DNA from: Macrostomum lignano
Lineage: Eukaryota
Direction of reading: 5' to 3'
DNA length: 64,000 bases
NCBI GenBank assembly: GCA_002269645.1
Contig: NIVC01002416.1
Coordinates: 1 to 64,000 of the forward strand
Part shown: in pieces, positions 49,525 to 63,200 of the stretch
Layout of the letters: the number at the start of each line of letters is the position of its first letter
Numbering within the stretch: position 1 is the first letter of the stretch
Position numbers and translations under genes: made by a program
The notes under the pieces: model-generated
Seen by the model: the letters and a program-made list of their open reading frames with translations, nothing else
What the model was told of the DNA's origin: nothing
Databases searched by the model: none

Positions 49525-51620
49525 GGATGAGAATCGATCTGGGGGAGATGAGAATCGATCTGTGGGGGTGAGAATCGATCTGTGGGGGATGAGAATAGAT
49601 CTGAGGGGGATGAGAATCGATGTGTGGGGGATGAGAATCGATGTGTGGGGGATGAGAATCGATGTGTGGGGGATGAGAATCGATCTGTGTGAGATGAGAA
49701 TCGATCTGTGTGAGATGAGAATAGATCTGTGGGGGATGAGAATAGATGTGTTGGGGATGAGAATCGATGTGTGGGGGATGAGAATCGATGTGTGGAGGAT
49801 GAGAATAGATCTGAGGGGGATGAGAATCGATGTGTTGGGGATGAGAATAGATCTGAGGGGGATGAGAATCGATGTGTGGGGGATGAGAATCGATGTGTGG
49901 GGGATGAGAATCGATGTGTGGGGGATAAGAATCGATCTGTGTGAGATGAGAATAGATCTGTGGGGGATGAGAATCGATGTGTGGGGGATGAGAATCGATG
50001 TGTGGGGGATGAGAATCGATGTGTGGGGGATGAGAATCGATGTGTGGGGGATGAGAATCGATGTGTGGGGGATGAGAATCGATGTGTGGGGGATGAGAAT
50101 CGATCTGTGGAGGATGAGAATAGATCTGAGGGGGATGAGAATCGATGTGTTGGGATGAGAATAGATCTGAGGGGGATGAGAATCGATGTGTGGGGGATGA
50201 GAATCGATGTGTGGGGGATGAGAATCGATCTGTGGGGGATGAGAATCGATGTGTGGGGGATGAAAATCGATGTGTGGGGGATGAGAATCGATCTGTGGGG
50301 GATGAGAATAGATCTGTGGGGGATGAGAATCGATGTGTGGGGGATGAGAATCGATGTGTGGGGGATGAGAATCGATGTGTGGGGGATGAGAATCGATGTG
50401 TGGGGGATGAGAATCGATGTGTGGGGGATGAGAATCGATGTGTGGGGGATGAGAATCGATCTGTGGAGGATGAGAATAGATCTGAGGGGGATGAGAATCG
50501 ATGTGTTGGGATGAGAATAGATCTGAGGGGGATGAGAATCGATGTGTGGGGGATGAGAATCGATGTGTGGGGGATGAGAATCGATCTGTGGGGGATGAGA
50601 ATAGATCTGTGGGGGATGAGAATCGATGTGTGGGGGATGAGAATAAATTTGAGGGGGATGAGAATCGATCTGTGGGGGATGAGAATCGATGTGTTGGAGA
50701 TGAGAATCGATGTGTGGGGGATGAGAATCGATGTGTGGGGGATGAGAATCGATCTGTGTGAGATGAGAATCGATCTGTGTGAGATGAGAATAGATCTGTG
50801 GGGGATGAGAATAGATGTGTTGGGGATGAGAATCGATGTGTGGGGGATGAGAATCGATGTGTGGAGGATGAGAATAGATCTGAGGGGGATGAGAATCGAT
50901 GTGTTGGGGATGAGAATAGATCTGAGGGGGATGAGAATCGATGTGTGGGGGATGAGAATCGATGTGTGGGGGGATGAGAATCGATGTGTGGGGGATGAGA
51001 ATAAATTTGAGGGGGATGAGAATCGATGTGTGGGGGATGAGAATCGATGTGTTGGAGATGAGAATCGATGTGTGGGGGATGAGAATCGATGTGTGGGGGA
51101 TGAGAATCGATGTGTGGGGGATGAGAATCGATCTGTGTGAGATGAGAATCGATCTGTGTGAGATGAGAATAGATCTGTGGGGGATGAGAATAGATGTGTT
51201 GGGGATGAGAATCGATGTGTGGGGGATGAGAATCGATGTGTGGGGGATGAGAATCGATTTGTGGGGGATGAGAATAAATTTGAGGGGGATGAGAATCGAT
51301 CTGTGGGGGATGAGAATCGATGTGTTGGAGATGAGAATCGATGTGTGGGGGATGAGAATCGATGTGTGGGGGATGAGAATCGATGTGTGGGGGATGAGAA
51401 TCGATCTGTGTGAGATGAGAATAGATCTGTGGGGGATGAGAATAGATGTGTTGGGGATGAGAATCGATGTGTGGGGGATGAGAATCGATGTGTGGGGGAT
51501 GAGAATCGATGTGTGGGGGATGAGAATCGATCTGTGTGAGATGAGAATAGATCTGTGTGAGATGAGAATAGATCTGTGGGGGATGAGAATAGATGTGTTG
51601 GGGATGAGAATCTATCTGTG
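49525..51620. repeat. 21-bp G-rich minisatellite, about 2.1 kb
   Basis: Unit gggggatgagaatcgatgtgt. Confidence 0.97.
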
Positions 51621-51778
51621 GGTATAATAATAAATCGAGTTGAAAATTCATCAATATCAGTTTGAACAGAGACGTACTGTAGCAATGCAGATTTATTAGA
51701 GCCGGTCTGTCAGCTAAAAAAACTTATCATTACCACACAATCAGTGAGAGAAAAGTCAGTCGTTAGAGGAGGAGGGGA

Positions 51779-52970
51779 TCAAGCACTTCCCGTGCACCAG
51801 GTGTCGAGTTCTGGAGGCCGGCCATGTCGCTCAGTGCAAGCCGCCTTCGCCAACTCGGCCTCCATGCGGCGCAGCAGGCGGAACAGGTGCGGGTCGCGGG
51901 CCTCGGCGTCGGGCACCTCGCTGAGCATGAATTGGGCGACGCCGCGCAGGTAGTCGGCATTGGCGCCACTCGGGCCGGCGGCGAGCGCCATCTGGCGCGC
52001 CTGCCGCTCGAGGCTTTCCTTGCCGAGGTACTGCGGGTTGTCCGGCAGGGCGACGAACGCGAAGGCCTCCCGGCTGCTGGCCGAATGCAGCGGCCGAAAC
52101 CGGACCCGGACGCAAACGTAGCCGCCCAGCCGCACCTCTCGCTGCGTGAGGTGGGCGACGGCGGCTCGGATCGCCTCGGCGCCGACAACCTCGAAGGCCG
52201 TGCCCCAGACCGTGGCACCCTCGCACGGCACCAGCGTGGCGACCCTGCCGGGCTGCGGGTCGAGCGTCAGTAACGCGAGTTTCGATACATATCGGCGACG
52301 ATGCTTAATTACAGAAAATATTTTATTGAGACTAGCATGAGTCGAGCCTCCGGAGAAAATTAGTTTCGATACATATCGGCACCAAACTTTAACTCTTAAA
52401 ACCTATTTTGGTCGGTTCTAGATATGCTTCGATATATAGATACATATAGAAGGATATAGTTTGATTATTTTCGATACATATCGACAGCGTCTGTCAATGG
52501 TTGCAAGTATCATATACTGCATTCAGAATGCAAAACAATCGTAAGTAACAATCTTTTCGATACATATCGGCAAAGCATTATTTAAAGAATAGATATTTTC
52601 GTCTAGCTACTGAATTAAAGTTGTGAGTAGCATGCAGAGAACATGCAGTGCTCACCCTGCCCGGCCTGCCCCGGTGGCTCACGTTGCCCTGGTAGAACCG
52701 CCGCTTGAACCCATCGACCGACCCGACAATCCTGCCGCGGACCGGGAATCCCTGATTCCACACCACCGAGGCGTAGCCGAAGACCAACAGTGGCGAATTC
52801 TCGGCGATGAGCCGGTCGGCAAGCGATTCGAGCTCAGATGAAGACAGCTGCGGGATGCTGTAGTCCGTCCTGCCATTCCGATGGCAGACACAATTGAGTC
52901 TGTTATATACTACTTGAATGCAGTAGGCATCGATTTGAAAAGTACATGTGTGAGCAGAACACATCGCCAT
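51779..52970 (-). CDS. CHAC: ChaC-family glutathione-specific gamma-glutamylcyclotransferase paralog B; exons ~52970-52656 and 52252-51779; start uncertain
   Basis: LVFGYASVVWNQGF...GFKRRFYQGNVSHRGRPGR|PGRVATLVP...VWGTAFEV...HLTQREVRLGGY...NPQYLG...AAGPSGANADYL. The catalytic RE motif is intact (Glu codon 52136-52138). Confidence 0.93.
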
Positions 52971-53234
52971 GACTACGGGGGGGGGGTTCGATTCCTTTTG
53001 ATTCAACCAACTCAGTCAGGGATGTTTTTTGTCTTTTTTATTGGTCCTGTGCGGGGGGGGGCAAACTGCGCACTTCGGCAAACTGCGCACTGTAGGGGTC
53101 TGCACTACAGACAACAGCTTTGCATTCCAGAGCTAAATTAGGTTTACATGTAGAAGAGAAAAATTGTCTGACATAACACGACTTCCCATTCTAGTCTGTA
53201 GCTTCCTCTTTAAGCTGCGGGTTGGCACATGTAC

Positions 53235-54070
53235 TCAAGCCACTGGTCACTCTTCAAGCCACTCGTCACTCTTCAAGCCACTGGTCACTCTTCAAGCCAC
53301 TCGTCACTCTTCAAGCCACTGGTCACTATTCAAGCCACTGGTCACTCTTTAAGCCACTGGTCACTCTTCAAGCCACTGGTCACTCTTCAAGCCACTGGTC
53401 ACTCTTCAAGCCAATAATCACTCTTCAAGCTACTGGCCACTCTTCAAGCCAATACTCTTCAAGCCAATAATCACTCTTCAAGCCAATAATCACTCTTCAA
53501 GCCAATAATCACTCTTCAAGCCAATAATCACTCTTCAAGCCAATAATCACTCTTCAAGCCAATAATCACTCTTCAAGCTACTGGTCACTCTTCAAGCCAA
53601 TAATCACTCTTCAAGCTACTGGCCACTCTTCAAGCCAATACTCTTCAAGCCAATAATCACTCTTCAAGCCAATAATCACTCTTCAAGCCAATAATCACTC
53701 TTCAAGCCAATAATCACTCTTCAAGCTACTGGCCACTCTTCAAGCCAATACTCTTCAAGCCAATAATCACTCTTCAAGCCAATAATCACTCTTCAAGCCA
53801 ATAATCACTCTTCAAGCCAATAATCACTCTTCAAGCCAATAATCACTCTTCAAGCCAATAATCACTCTTCAAGCTACTGGTCACTCTTCAAGCCAATAAT
53901 CACTCTTCAAGCTACTGGTCACTCTTCAAGCCAATAATCACTCTTCAAGCCAATAATCACTCTTCAAGCCAATAATCACTCTTCAAGCCAATAATCACTC
54001 TTCAAGCTACCATGGTCACTCTTCAAGCCACTGGTCACTCTTCAAGACACTGGTCACTCTTCAAGTCACT
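53235..54070. repeat. 19-bp minisatellite
   Basis: Units cactcttcaagccactggt and cactcttcaagccaataat. Confidence 0.95.
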
Positions 54071-54477
54071 CACAATATTCACACAATATTCTTTGAGACA
54101 CTTACCGGAGGAATAGTCCGCCAAAAACCATTATTGTTAAACTGTGTTGATGAAAATCAACAAATTTAAACAGAATCTATTAGTTAATGCAGGAAATCTA
54201 AAAAAGCAAAGAATTCAAATGGATACGAGCTATAACGCATGGAGGGGCTTTGCTTATATATTAAGCAGTTTAGTATGATGTAAGAGTCTGTATGTAGGAT
54301 TTGGCTGTTATTTTTCATCCGTTTCTAAATTTACTAGCTGCATTTACTACAGTAGCTACTAACGGGATGTAATTTGGAGTGTGTCATTAACAAATAAAAT
54401 AGTCTAAAGGATGTTTATACTATTTTTTTATGTCCGGCGTTTGAAATACCATCCGTAATGATTTATTAGTAATGGGG

Positions 54478-56200
54478 CTGTAGGGACTGTGGGATTTAGT
54501 GAGCTGTAGGGACTGAGGGATACAGTGAGCTGTAGGGACTGAGGGATACAGTGAGCTGTAGGGACTGTGGGATTTAGTGAGCTGTAGGGACTGAGGGATA
54601 CAGTGAGCTGTAGGGACTGAGGGATATAGTGAGCTGTAGGGACTGAGGGATACAGTGAGCTGTAGGGACTGAGGGATATAGTGAGCTGTAGGGACTGAGG
54701 GATTTAGTGAGCTGTAGGGACTGTGGGATTTAGTGAGCTGTAGGGACTGAGGGATATAGTGAGCTGTAGGGACTGAGGGATATAGTGAGCTGTAGGGACT
54801 GAGGGATATAGTGAGCTGTAGGGACTGAGGGATACAGTGAGCTGTAGGGACTGTGGGATTTAGTGAGCTGTAGGGACTGTGGGATTTAGTGAGCTGTAGG
54901 GACTGAGGGATATAGTGAGCTGTAGGGACTGAGGGATATAGTGAGCTGTAGGGACTGAGGGATATAGTCAGCTGTAGGGACTGAGGGATTTAGTGAGCTG
55001 TAGGGACTGAGGGATATAGTCAGCTGTAGGGACTGAGGGATATAGTGAGCTGTAGGGACTGAGGGATATAGTCAGCTGTAGGGACTGAGGGATATAGTCA
55101 GCTGTAGGGACTGAGGGATATAGTCAGCTGTAGGGACTGAGGGATATAGTCAGCTGTAGGGACTGAGGAATATAGTCAGCTGTAGGGACTGAGGGATTTA
55201 GTCAGCTGTAGGGACTGAGGGATATAGTCAGCTGTAGGGACTGAGGGATTTAGTGAGCTGTAGGGACTGAGGGATATAGTCAGCTGTAGGGACTGAGGGA
55301 TTTAGTCAGCTGTAGGGACTGAGGGATTTAGTCAGCTGTAGGGACTGAGGGATATAGTCAGCTGTAGGGACTGAGGGATATAGTCAGCTGTAGGGACTGA
55401 GGGATATAGTCAGCTGTAGGGACTGTGGGATTTAGTGAGCTGTAGGGACTGTGGGATTTAGTGAGCTGTAGGGACTGAGGGATACAGTGAGCTGTAGGGA
55501 CTGAGGGATATAGTGAGCTGTAGGGACTGAGGGATATAGTCAGCTGTAGGGACTGAGGGATATAGTCAGCTGTAGGGACTGAGGGATATAGTCAGCTGTA
55601 GGGACTGAGGGATATAGTCAGCTGTAGGGACTGAGGAATATAGTCAGCTGTAGGGACTGAGGGATTTAGTCAGCTGTAGGGACTGAGGGATATAGTCAGC
55701 TGTAGGGACTGAGGGATATAGTCAGCTGTAGGGACTGAGGGATATAGTCAGCTGTAGGGACTGAGGGATATAGTCAGCTGTAGGGACTGAGGGATATAGT
55801 CAGCTGTAGGGACTGAGGGATATAGTGAGCTGTAGGGACTGAGGGATTTAGTCAGCTGTAGGGACTGAGGGATCCAGTCAGCTGTAGGGACTGAGGGATT
55901 TAGTCAGCTGTAGGGACTGAGGGATATAGTCAGCTGTAGGGACTGAGGGATATAGTCAGCTGTAGGGACTGAGGGATATAGTGAGCTGTAGGGACTGAGG
56001 GATATAGTGAGCTGTAGGGACTGAGGGATTTAGTGAGCTGTAGGGACTGTGGGATATAGTGAGCTGTAGGGACTGAGGGATTTAGTGAGCTGTAGGGACT
56101 GTGGGTTATAGTCAGCTGTAGGGACTGAGGGATATAGTGAGCTGTAGGGACTGTGGGATATAGTGAGCTGTAGGGACTGAGGGATATAGTGAGCTGTAGG
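54478..56200. repeat. 26-bp minisatellite, about 1.7 kb
   Basis: Unit gt(g/c)agctgtagggactgagggatata. Confidence 0.97.
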
Positions 56201-56378
56201 AAAAGTGGGATGGGGGGCTGTAGCTGGGGAATGCTGGCTGTTCTCGCAAGACATGGATTATCAGTATTGGTTATCAGCTAAGGATTTCACAGCAACTAAA
56301 GATTCTATTGCAAGTGTCCCTCATGTACTGCAAGTGGCCGTTCATAGTAAAATATTTTCACTTTGAAGTCAGCAGTTA

Positions 56379-57689
56379 CGAGGGTCACTCAGAAATTTCT
56401 TAGCTTGAACACGAAAACAGCAACAAATGAACTAAAAAATGACTACAAGTGCTCAAAATACTCTCCACCGGCATTGATACAGGCTTGCATCCTGTGAAAC
56501 CAGCTGTCGAAGCACTGCCGCCAATCCTCATCCCGGAGCTCCTCGATGATGTTTTTAAACTCATTCACAGCTTCTTCCGGTGAAGAAAAGACCTGGCCCT
56601 TCAGAATCTCCTTGCACTTCGGAAACAGAAAAAAGTCGCACGGTGCCAGGTCTGGACTGTAAGCAGGGTGAGTCATCAGCTGGACCCCACAGTCAGCCAG
56701 AAACTCCAGAGTTTGAGCCGCCGTGTGCGCGCTGGCGTTGTCGTGGTGCAGAAGCACCCCACGCATTCCGCACCTTGGGCGCCTCTGGCTCACAGCAGAA
56801 AAGACCTTGGGCAGGCAAACCGTTGTGTACCAGTCAGTGGTGACTGTCTGGCGATCTTCAAGTGAAACGGAAGCCACATGCCCAGTGCGCATGAAGAAAC
56901 AAGCCACCATCTGCTTGCCGACACTCCGGCTGCGTCGAAACTTGGTGGGGCTGTCCTCGTCTCCAAAGGTCCACATGGCTGACTGGCGCTTGCTTTCGGG
57001 GTCGTATTGATAAATCCAGGTCTCATCGCCCGTGAGGATGTCCCAGATACGCCGGCTGGTCCCGGATTCGAATTTCTGCAGCATGAATCGGCACCAAGCC
57101 ACCCTGGTGTCCTTCTGCACGTCCGACAGCTGATGGGGGATCCACCGGGAAGCCAGCTTCCGCACTCCAAGGTGTTCGTGCATAATGGCGTGCACACTCC
57201 CCGATCCAATACCGATCTCCTGCTGGATCTGCTGGTAGGTCACTCGCCGGTCAGCGGCAATCATGCTGGACACAGCGCAGATATTTTCTGGAGTCACTGC
57301 GTCACAGGGTCTCCCGGATCGATGTTCATCTTCGAGGCTTTCTCGACCTCGGCGAAACTCAGCGAACCAGTTTTTGACGGTTGCGTATGAAGGACATACA
57401 TGGGTGAAAACGTTCTGTAAAGTTTGATACGATTCGGCCGGCGACTTGCCTTGCTTGAAGTGCAGGTACATCATTGCTCTGAAGTCGCGATTTTCCAGCT
57501 TCATTGTTGAATTGAAGATCTCAGGGGGGTGAACTGACTTTAACTCGCTGCAGTGGACTCAAAAGTGGCTGCTTCTGTTTGAAATTTTTGCTGCGATACT
57601 TTTAAAAGTTGGTCTTTACCATAGACAAATTTCATGCTTCTACGTCTCGTGGATCCTACTCAGGCTAAAGACTTTCTGAGTGACCCTCG
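56379..57689 (-). mobile_element. Full-length mariner transposon (1311 bp), irritans-like ends
   Basis: TA|CGAGGGTCACTCAGAAA...TTTCTGAGTGACCCTCG|TA: 17-bp perfect and ~30-bp imperfect TIRs, TA TSD at 56377-56378 and 57690-57691. Confidence 0.95.
56443..57504 (-). CDS. Mariner DD34D transposase, intact 353 aa
   Basis: HTH region, WIPHQL, TGDETW, HHDNASAH and HPAYSPDLAPCDF motifs; no stops or frameshifts. Confidence 0.96.
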   Translation of the reverse strand: MKLENRDFRAMMYLHFKQGKSPAESYQTLQNVFTHVCPSYATVKNWFAEFRRGRESLEDEHRSGRPCDAVTPENICAVSSMIAADRRVTYQQIQQEIGIGSGSVHAIMHEHLGVRKLASRWIPHQLSDVQKDTRVAWCRFMLQKFESGTSRRIWDILTGDETWIYQYDPESKRQSAMWTFGDEDSPTKFRRSRSVGKQMVACFFMRTGHVASVSLEDRQTVTTDWYTTVCLPKVFSAVSQRRPRCGMRGVLLHHDNASAHTAAQTLEFLADCGVQLMTHPAYSPDLAPCDFFLFPKCKEILKGQVFSSPEEAVNEFKNIIEELRDEDWRQCFDSWFHRMQACINAGGEYFEHL

Positions 57690-60280
57690 TAATCTGAATC
57701 CCCATCGTCATTCAACAGTTAAACAGTTTTTATTCTCGATGCGGAAACACTGCAAGCTTTTCCTCATAAAGTCTTAGGTCTAGAGAAGGACTGCTAGCAG
57801 ACGCGATAACGACTTAATTTCGCTTGAAGGATTTTCAGTATAGACGAGATCCGTGAATCTGTACAATAATATGTTGTATCCTCTGCGTTGTTTTCGCCAC
57901 CAGGTATAGCAAAAAAACAAAATTTCTTGGCACAATAGCAAAACTTGTTTACACTTGCTTTCAGACAATAAGCCGATAAGAAGGAGACGGATGCAAAACT
58001 ATTTCTGAAACCTAAATAATATGTAGGGGCAGCATTGACAAGTTGATATCTTGAGAAAGGAGATGAACATCCACTAAAATCTATTTATACATATGAGCGT
58101 AATGCCCTTGTATCTAAAATTAACCAACTCAATGCAATGCTTACAATTGTCGATCTGAGGGCGCTAAAAAGGTCAACCCGCACCACCCCTGGGACAGCAG
58201 AACCCCCATTAGATCGACATCTAGCAAAATCTCTTTTGGGGCAAAATGGGGCCCAAAAACGCCCTGGTCAAAAAAATCAACCCCGTAGATCAACATCTAT
58301 TGTACTAAAAACATCAATTTTCAAGATGTACAAGCTCGCACACTCGACTGTTTTTAGCACACGGCGTCGGCTACACTGAGAAAGTTTATCTCTCTTCCTC
58401 TTCTCCGGAGACAAGCTTCTTGCCTCCGCGTGCTTTTCAACCCAGCAAGCCTTTCTTGCCCTCTCTTTTCACTTTTCTCTGCGTACGTCGCAACCTTCGA
58501 GCTCTTACGAGCGTACACTCGACAAATTTTTTTAACACAAGAGAGACTTTCGCTGTTTAATATCACAGTTCTTTTCAGAACAGTTTCTTTTTCTCTGGTT
58601 TACCCGCATCTGGTGTCGCAAAATGCTTTTGTTTGGTAAAAAATTTCCCAGGAAGTAATTACGAGAGTATTAAGTATCCACACTGTGTGATTACGGTAAT
58701 GGAAACCCACCTGTGCTGTCGCACCTTTCCATTTTTAATAGTGCTTGTTATTAGCCAGGGTCACATTGGGAACATTCGACCAACCTGTAAAGTCATTCAG
58801 ATAAACATGATAATTTGCCTCAGCATCCAATCGAATGGGCTGCTCTAATTCTTCTATGAACATTCCCTTTGATTCAGTAATTCTTCCAGTAATGCTGATC
58901 GGAATGCTTTCCTTGGAGTGCGGCTTCTTTATAAACCAACTTTTACTTTCATTTTTTACCTAAAAATATTTAAACTTTACTTGCCAAGTTGTTGATATTT
59001 GTGACAATATTAACGTGCTGATTGTCTGCAGGCATTTGTCTAGCTGACACATCAACTCCAAAAATTGACCCACACTAGTTGTATTCCTCAGTGACAATAA
59101 TGTACCTTGAATTGCTACAGGAGCCCTCTTTAATGCAAATATTGTGTCTAGCGTCATTGCGCTCATCTCTACACATATAGGCTGTATGGGCAACATCAAT
59201 ATCCTTCTCAATGGACTTCAAGTATTCTGCTTTTAGTGCAGTCTTTGGCCCAGTGGTTTCAAGATACAGCTCCACACCAGCTAGTTTGACCTCCATCGTT
59301 GTATGGTCAGCCCCTGTCCAAATTCTTCGATCTCAATCGTCTCTAGTCAGCCCAAGGGTGTAACTAAAGTTGCTTGTCAACCGATTAAAACTATTGCAGA
59401 AAACACTCATAAATCTCAAAGGTACAAACAATATCGACAGACCTAAACAATGGGTTCTTAGCAGCATGGGTCACTCGTCACTCGTCACTCATCTAGCCTA
59501 GGTGTTTCCTTTTTTGAAATAAATAAACAAAAAAAAACTCTAATAAAAATTCTCTTACAGGTAAACAAATTAATTTCCAAATAGAAACTAGAGAATAGTT
59601 AAATTATATTGAAATCTCGCAACAAGAATAAACAAACAAACAAACAAAAGCAACGTCACTTAGATTGATGTTTCCATAGTAATTGTTTAGGATTAAGGGT
59701 GTCTCCAAGTGACAGTTTGAATTTATCATAACAGCTGAGTGAAATGCATGCGACAAATGAAATGAAAAGAAATTTATTAATGTTATTATTAGGAGCTATT
59801 GAAGTTGCTATCCATGGCGCCTATGGTCAAATGATTAATTATCGAATTTATAATTTGTTTGACGTGTGGTAATCACGACATGATTTAAAAATACGCAGCT
59901 GACGAGCAGGTAAGCACCGTCCGAGCACAAGCAATAGGAGAATTAGTAGTTATCAAGCTTTGCTAGTAACCGATGAAACCGGCCAATTTGTGATTTAGAA
60001 TCGCATTTTGCACTTATAAAAAACTCTATTGGGTCTACTTGAGTTAGTAGAAATTCAAGCGCCAACACAATTGAGTTGTTTGCCTAATAAATAGCATAGC
60101 AATGCAATCCTTACCGGGAGGATCAGCCTACTGAATACTTGCGCTTCAATGTCTATGGCCCTAAAAGGGGTCTGTGGAGCAACCAGCATTGGAAACCTCC
60201 CCTTCCCTGCAAACTGATGCATTTTTGAAACAATAAATAATTAAAGCGCTAGTTATTGTCCAATTAAAGGTCAAGAAAAG

Positions 60281-63200
60281 CTACTCCCATTCAGTAGTGC
60301 CAGGCGGCTTGGAGGTGAGGTCGTACAGAACCCGGCTGATGCCGTGCACGCTGGCCACTTGAGCTACCATGCTGGCCAGGGTGCTCAGGGCCAGGTGACG
60401 GCCGGGAACTGCGGCCAAGCCGGTCATAAAATCGTTGGTGACGAATGGCCTGAGCACGACTGACCGGAGTACCGAGGGCAGCAGCAGCAGGGGATCGCGA
60501 TCGAAGTGAATGGGGATCAGGACCACTGGCATCTGGCTGATCCGGCTGTTCGGGCACTCCTGGGATTGCATTCAAAGAGAGGATTATTTATCAGGTAAAT
60601 TTAGCATAAACCAGTGAAAGACTGCAAAAGATCTGATTTATGAATTTGCGTGAACGCATGCATTTAACCCGTGACACATAATCATTCTAGAAAATTCGTG
60701 AACATACCCAACCAACCAGTGAACATGTCCATCCAGCCCGTGAACACTGCACACCCACCCAACCCGTGAACATACTATCTAACCCGTGAACACACTGTCT
60801 AACCCGTGAACATACTATCTAACCCGTGAACACACTGTCTAACCCGTGAACATACTATCTAACCCGTGAACACACTGTCTAACCAACCCGTGAACACACT
60901 ATCTAACCCGTGAACACACCTATCCGACCCGCGAACACACCTATCCAACCTGTGAACACGCTCATCGAACCCATGAACACACCTGGACAGGACCACAGGT
61001 TGAATAGGTGAACACACCTATTCAACCTGTGAACACACTCATCCAACCCGTGAACACACCTATTCAACCTGTGAACACACTCATCCAACCCGTGAACACA
61101 CCTATTCAACCTGTGAACACACTCATCCAACCCGTGAACACACCTATTCAACCTGTGAACACACTTATCCAACCCGTGAACACACCTATCCAACCTGTGA
61201 ACACAATCATCCAACCCGTGAACACACTCATCCAACCTGTGAACACACCTATTTAACCTGTGAGCACACTCATCCAACCCGTGAACACACCTATTCAACC
61301 TGTGAACACACTCATCCAACCTGTGAACACACTCATCCAACTTGTGAACACACCAACCCGTGAACACACTCATCCAACCCGTGAACACACCTATTCAACC
61401 CGTGAACACACCTATTCAACCCGTGAACACAACGCACCAACCCGTGAATACACTCATCCAACTCGTGAACACACCAACCCGTGAACACACTCATCCAACC
61501 CGTGAACACACCTATTCAACCCGTGAACACAACGCACCAACCCGTGAAAATTCGATCACCCAACCAACCAGCCCACAATCAATCGCTCACCCTAAGCACG
61601 GAATGCGCTTTATCGTCAGCTATTCTGAGCTGGTCCAGCACAGGTGGTGACAGCAGAGTCTGGGTGACGTCGGTCACGGGATACTGTATGGCCGGGCCAA
61701 AGGCGTACACAACCCGGTTAACGCTGTGACAGACTCTGGGCAATAGGCGAGCAATGTAGAACAGATCAGGCCAATTGGGCTCGGGACTCGAGCTGGACAG
61801 GGCCACAGCATAAGAATAGGTGCGCCTGTCGCCCTGCACTCCCACAGTGTTCACCGGCAACAGATGGCCCTGAATGTCGGACAGCCGACTGAGCTGATCA
61901 ATTTCACTGGCGGTGAGCAGCTGGCGTAGACGCGACAGTTGAGGCACCTGACGTTCGCCGGCGCCAATTGCTGGCGCAGAATTGCGCAGGTCGAGCAGCA
62001 GGCGAACCGCTGCGGCGGTCTCCATGAAGTCCTTGTCCATGTGGGGCTCCCTGGCGCACAGGACTCGGATTGCTAGACCCGGCCCGGGGAACGGGTGCCG
62101 CGACACCAGGGCGTCCGGGAGGCCCAGATCGCGGGCGATTGTGCGCACCTGGAATGGTTTGTGAGTGTATGAAAGGCTGAGCGATGGATGAAGCACTGAT
62201 GCTGAGCGATGGATGAAGCAGAGAAGCTGCGTGGCAGATAAAGTACAGATACTGAGTGACGGATGAAGCAGAGAAGCTGTCTGACAGATGAAGCACAGAA
62301 AGGCTGGGCGATTGAATGAAGCAGAGGCTGTGTGATAGATGAAGCAGAGAAGCTGTGTGACAGATGAAGACAGATACTAGGTGACGGATGAAGAAGAGAA
62401 TCTGTGTGACAGATGAAGCACAGAGAGGCTGTGTGATAGATGAAGCACAGAAACTTAGTAACGGGTGAAGCAGAGAAGCTGTGTGACAGATGAAGCACGG
62501 AGAGGCTGAGCCATAGATGAAGCACAGATGCTGGGCGACAGATAAAGCAGAGATGCTTAGCAGAGGTGAAACAGAGGTTGGCTAATACATCAGGGATATT
62601 ACATAAGACTGGCACCTCATCCTTGTGAAAATCCTTCAACGGTTCGATGACGCGGCCTCTAGCGCGCAGTTCGCGCACCAGATCGGTGTCATTGTGATGA
62701 GTCTTGATGGCGTCGGCCCGATGAGAGGCGATGGTGGAGGCGGACTCGATGAGGTCGGGCCGCAGGGTGCCCTGGGCCAGGTAGACCTTGTCGGGGTCCA
62801 GCTGCAGCTCGGCAACAACGTCCTTGGCAACCAGCATAAACAGATCGCCAATAATCTGGCGCTTCTCCTCGGGGTGGATGACGCCGGACAGGGGGCCGAG
62901 CCGGACGCGGCGCTCGGCCGTCTCCTTGCCGACTGTGACCCGGCGCAGCTGGGTAGTGCAGCCGGCCAAGAACTTCAGCGAGGCGTCGATTAGGCGAACC
63001 TTCACAACCGAAAGAAGAGCATTTGAAAACATCTTAGAAAACTGATAGATTCTACTACACTACTTATTATAAAAGCAAAAGTAGTATGTAGCATTATTTT
63101 AATCTAGGTTGGTTGCTATTTTTATAGGGACTATGAATGCCTAGAGTTAGACATTTTTCTACGGCTGCGTTAACACTAATAAGGGATAAAAATCCCTTAT

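Noticed and set aside
47156-51685. 500-725-aa repetitive ORFs
   Set aside because: They are products of the 18-bp and 21-bp minisatellites and are open in several frames.
57700-59500. Short ORFs 58960..59296 and TE-like sequence
   Set aside because: No TIR/TSD pair or recognisable catalytic motif could be established by eye.
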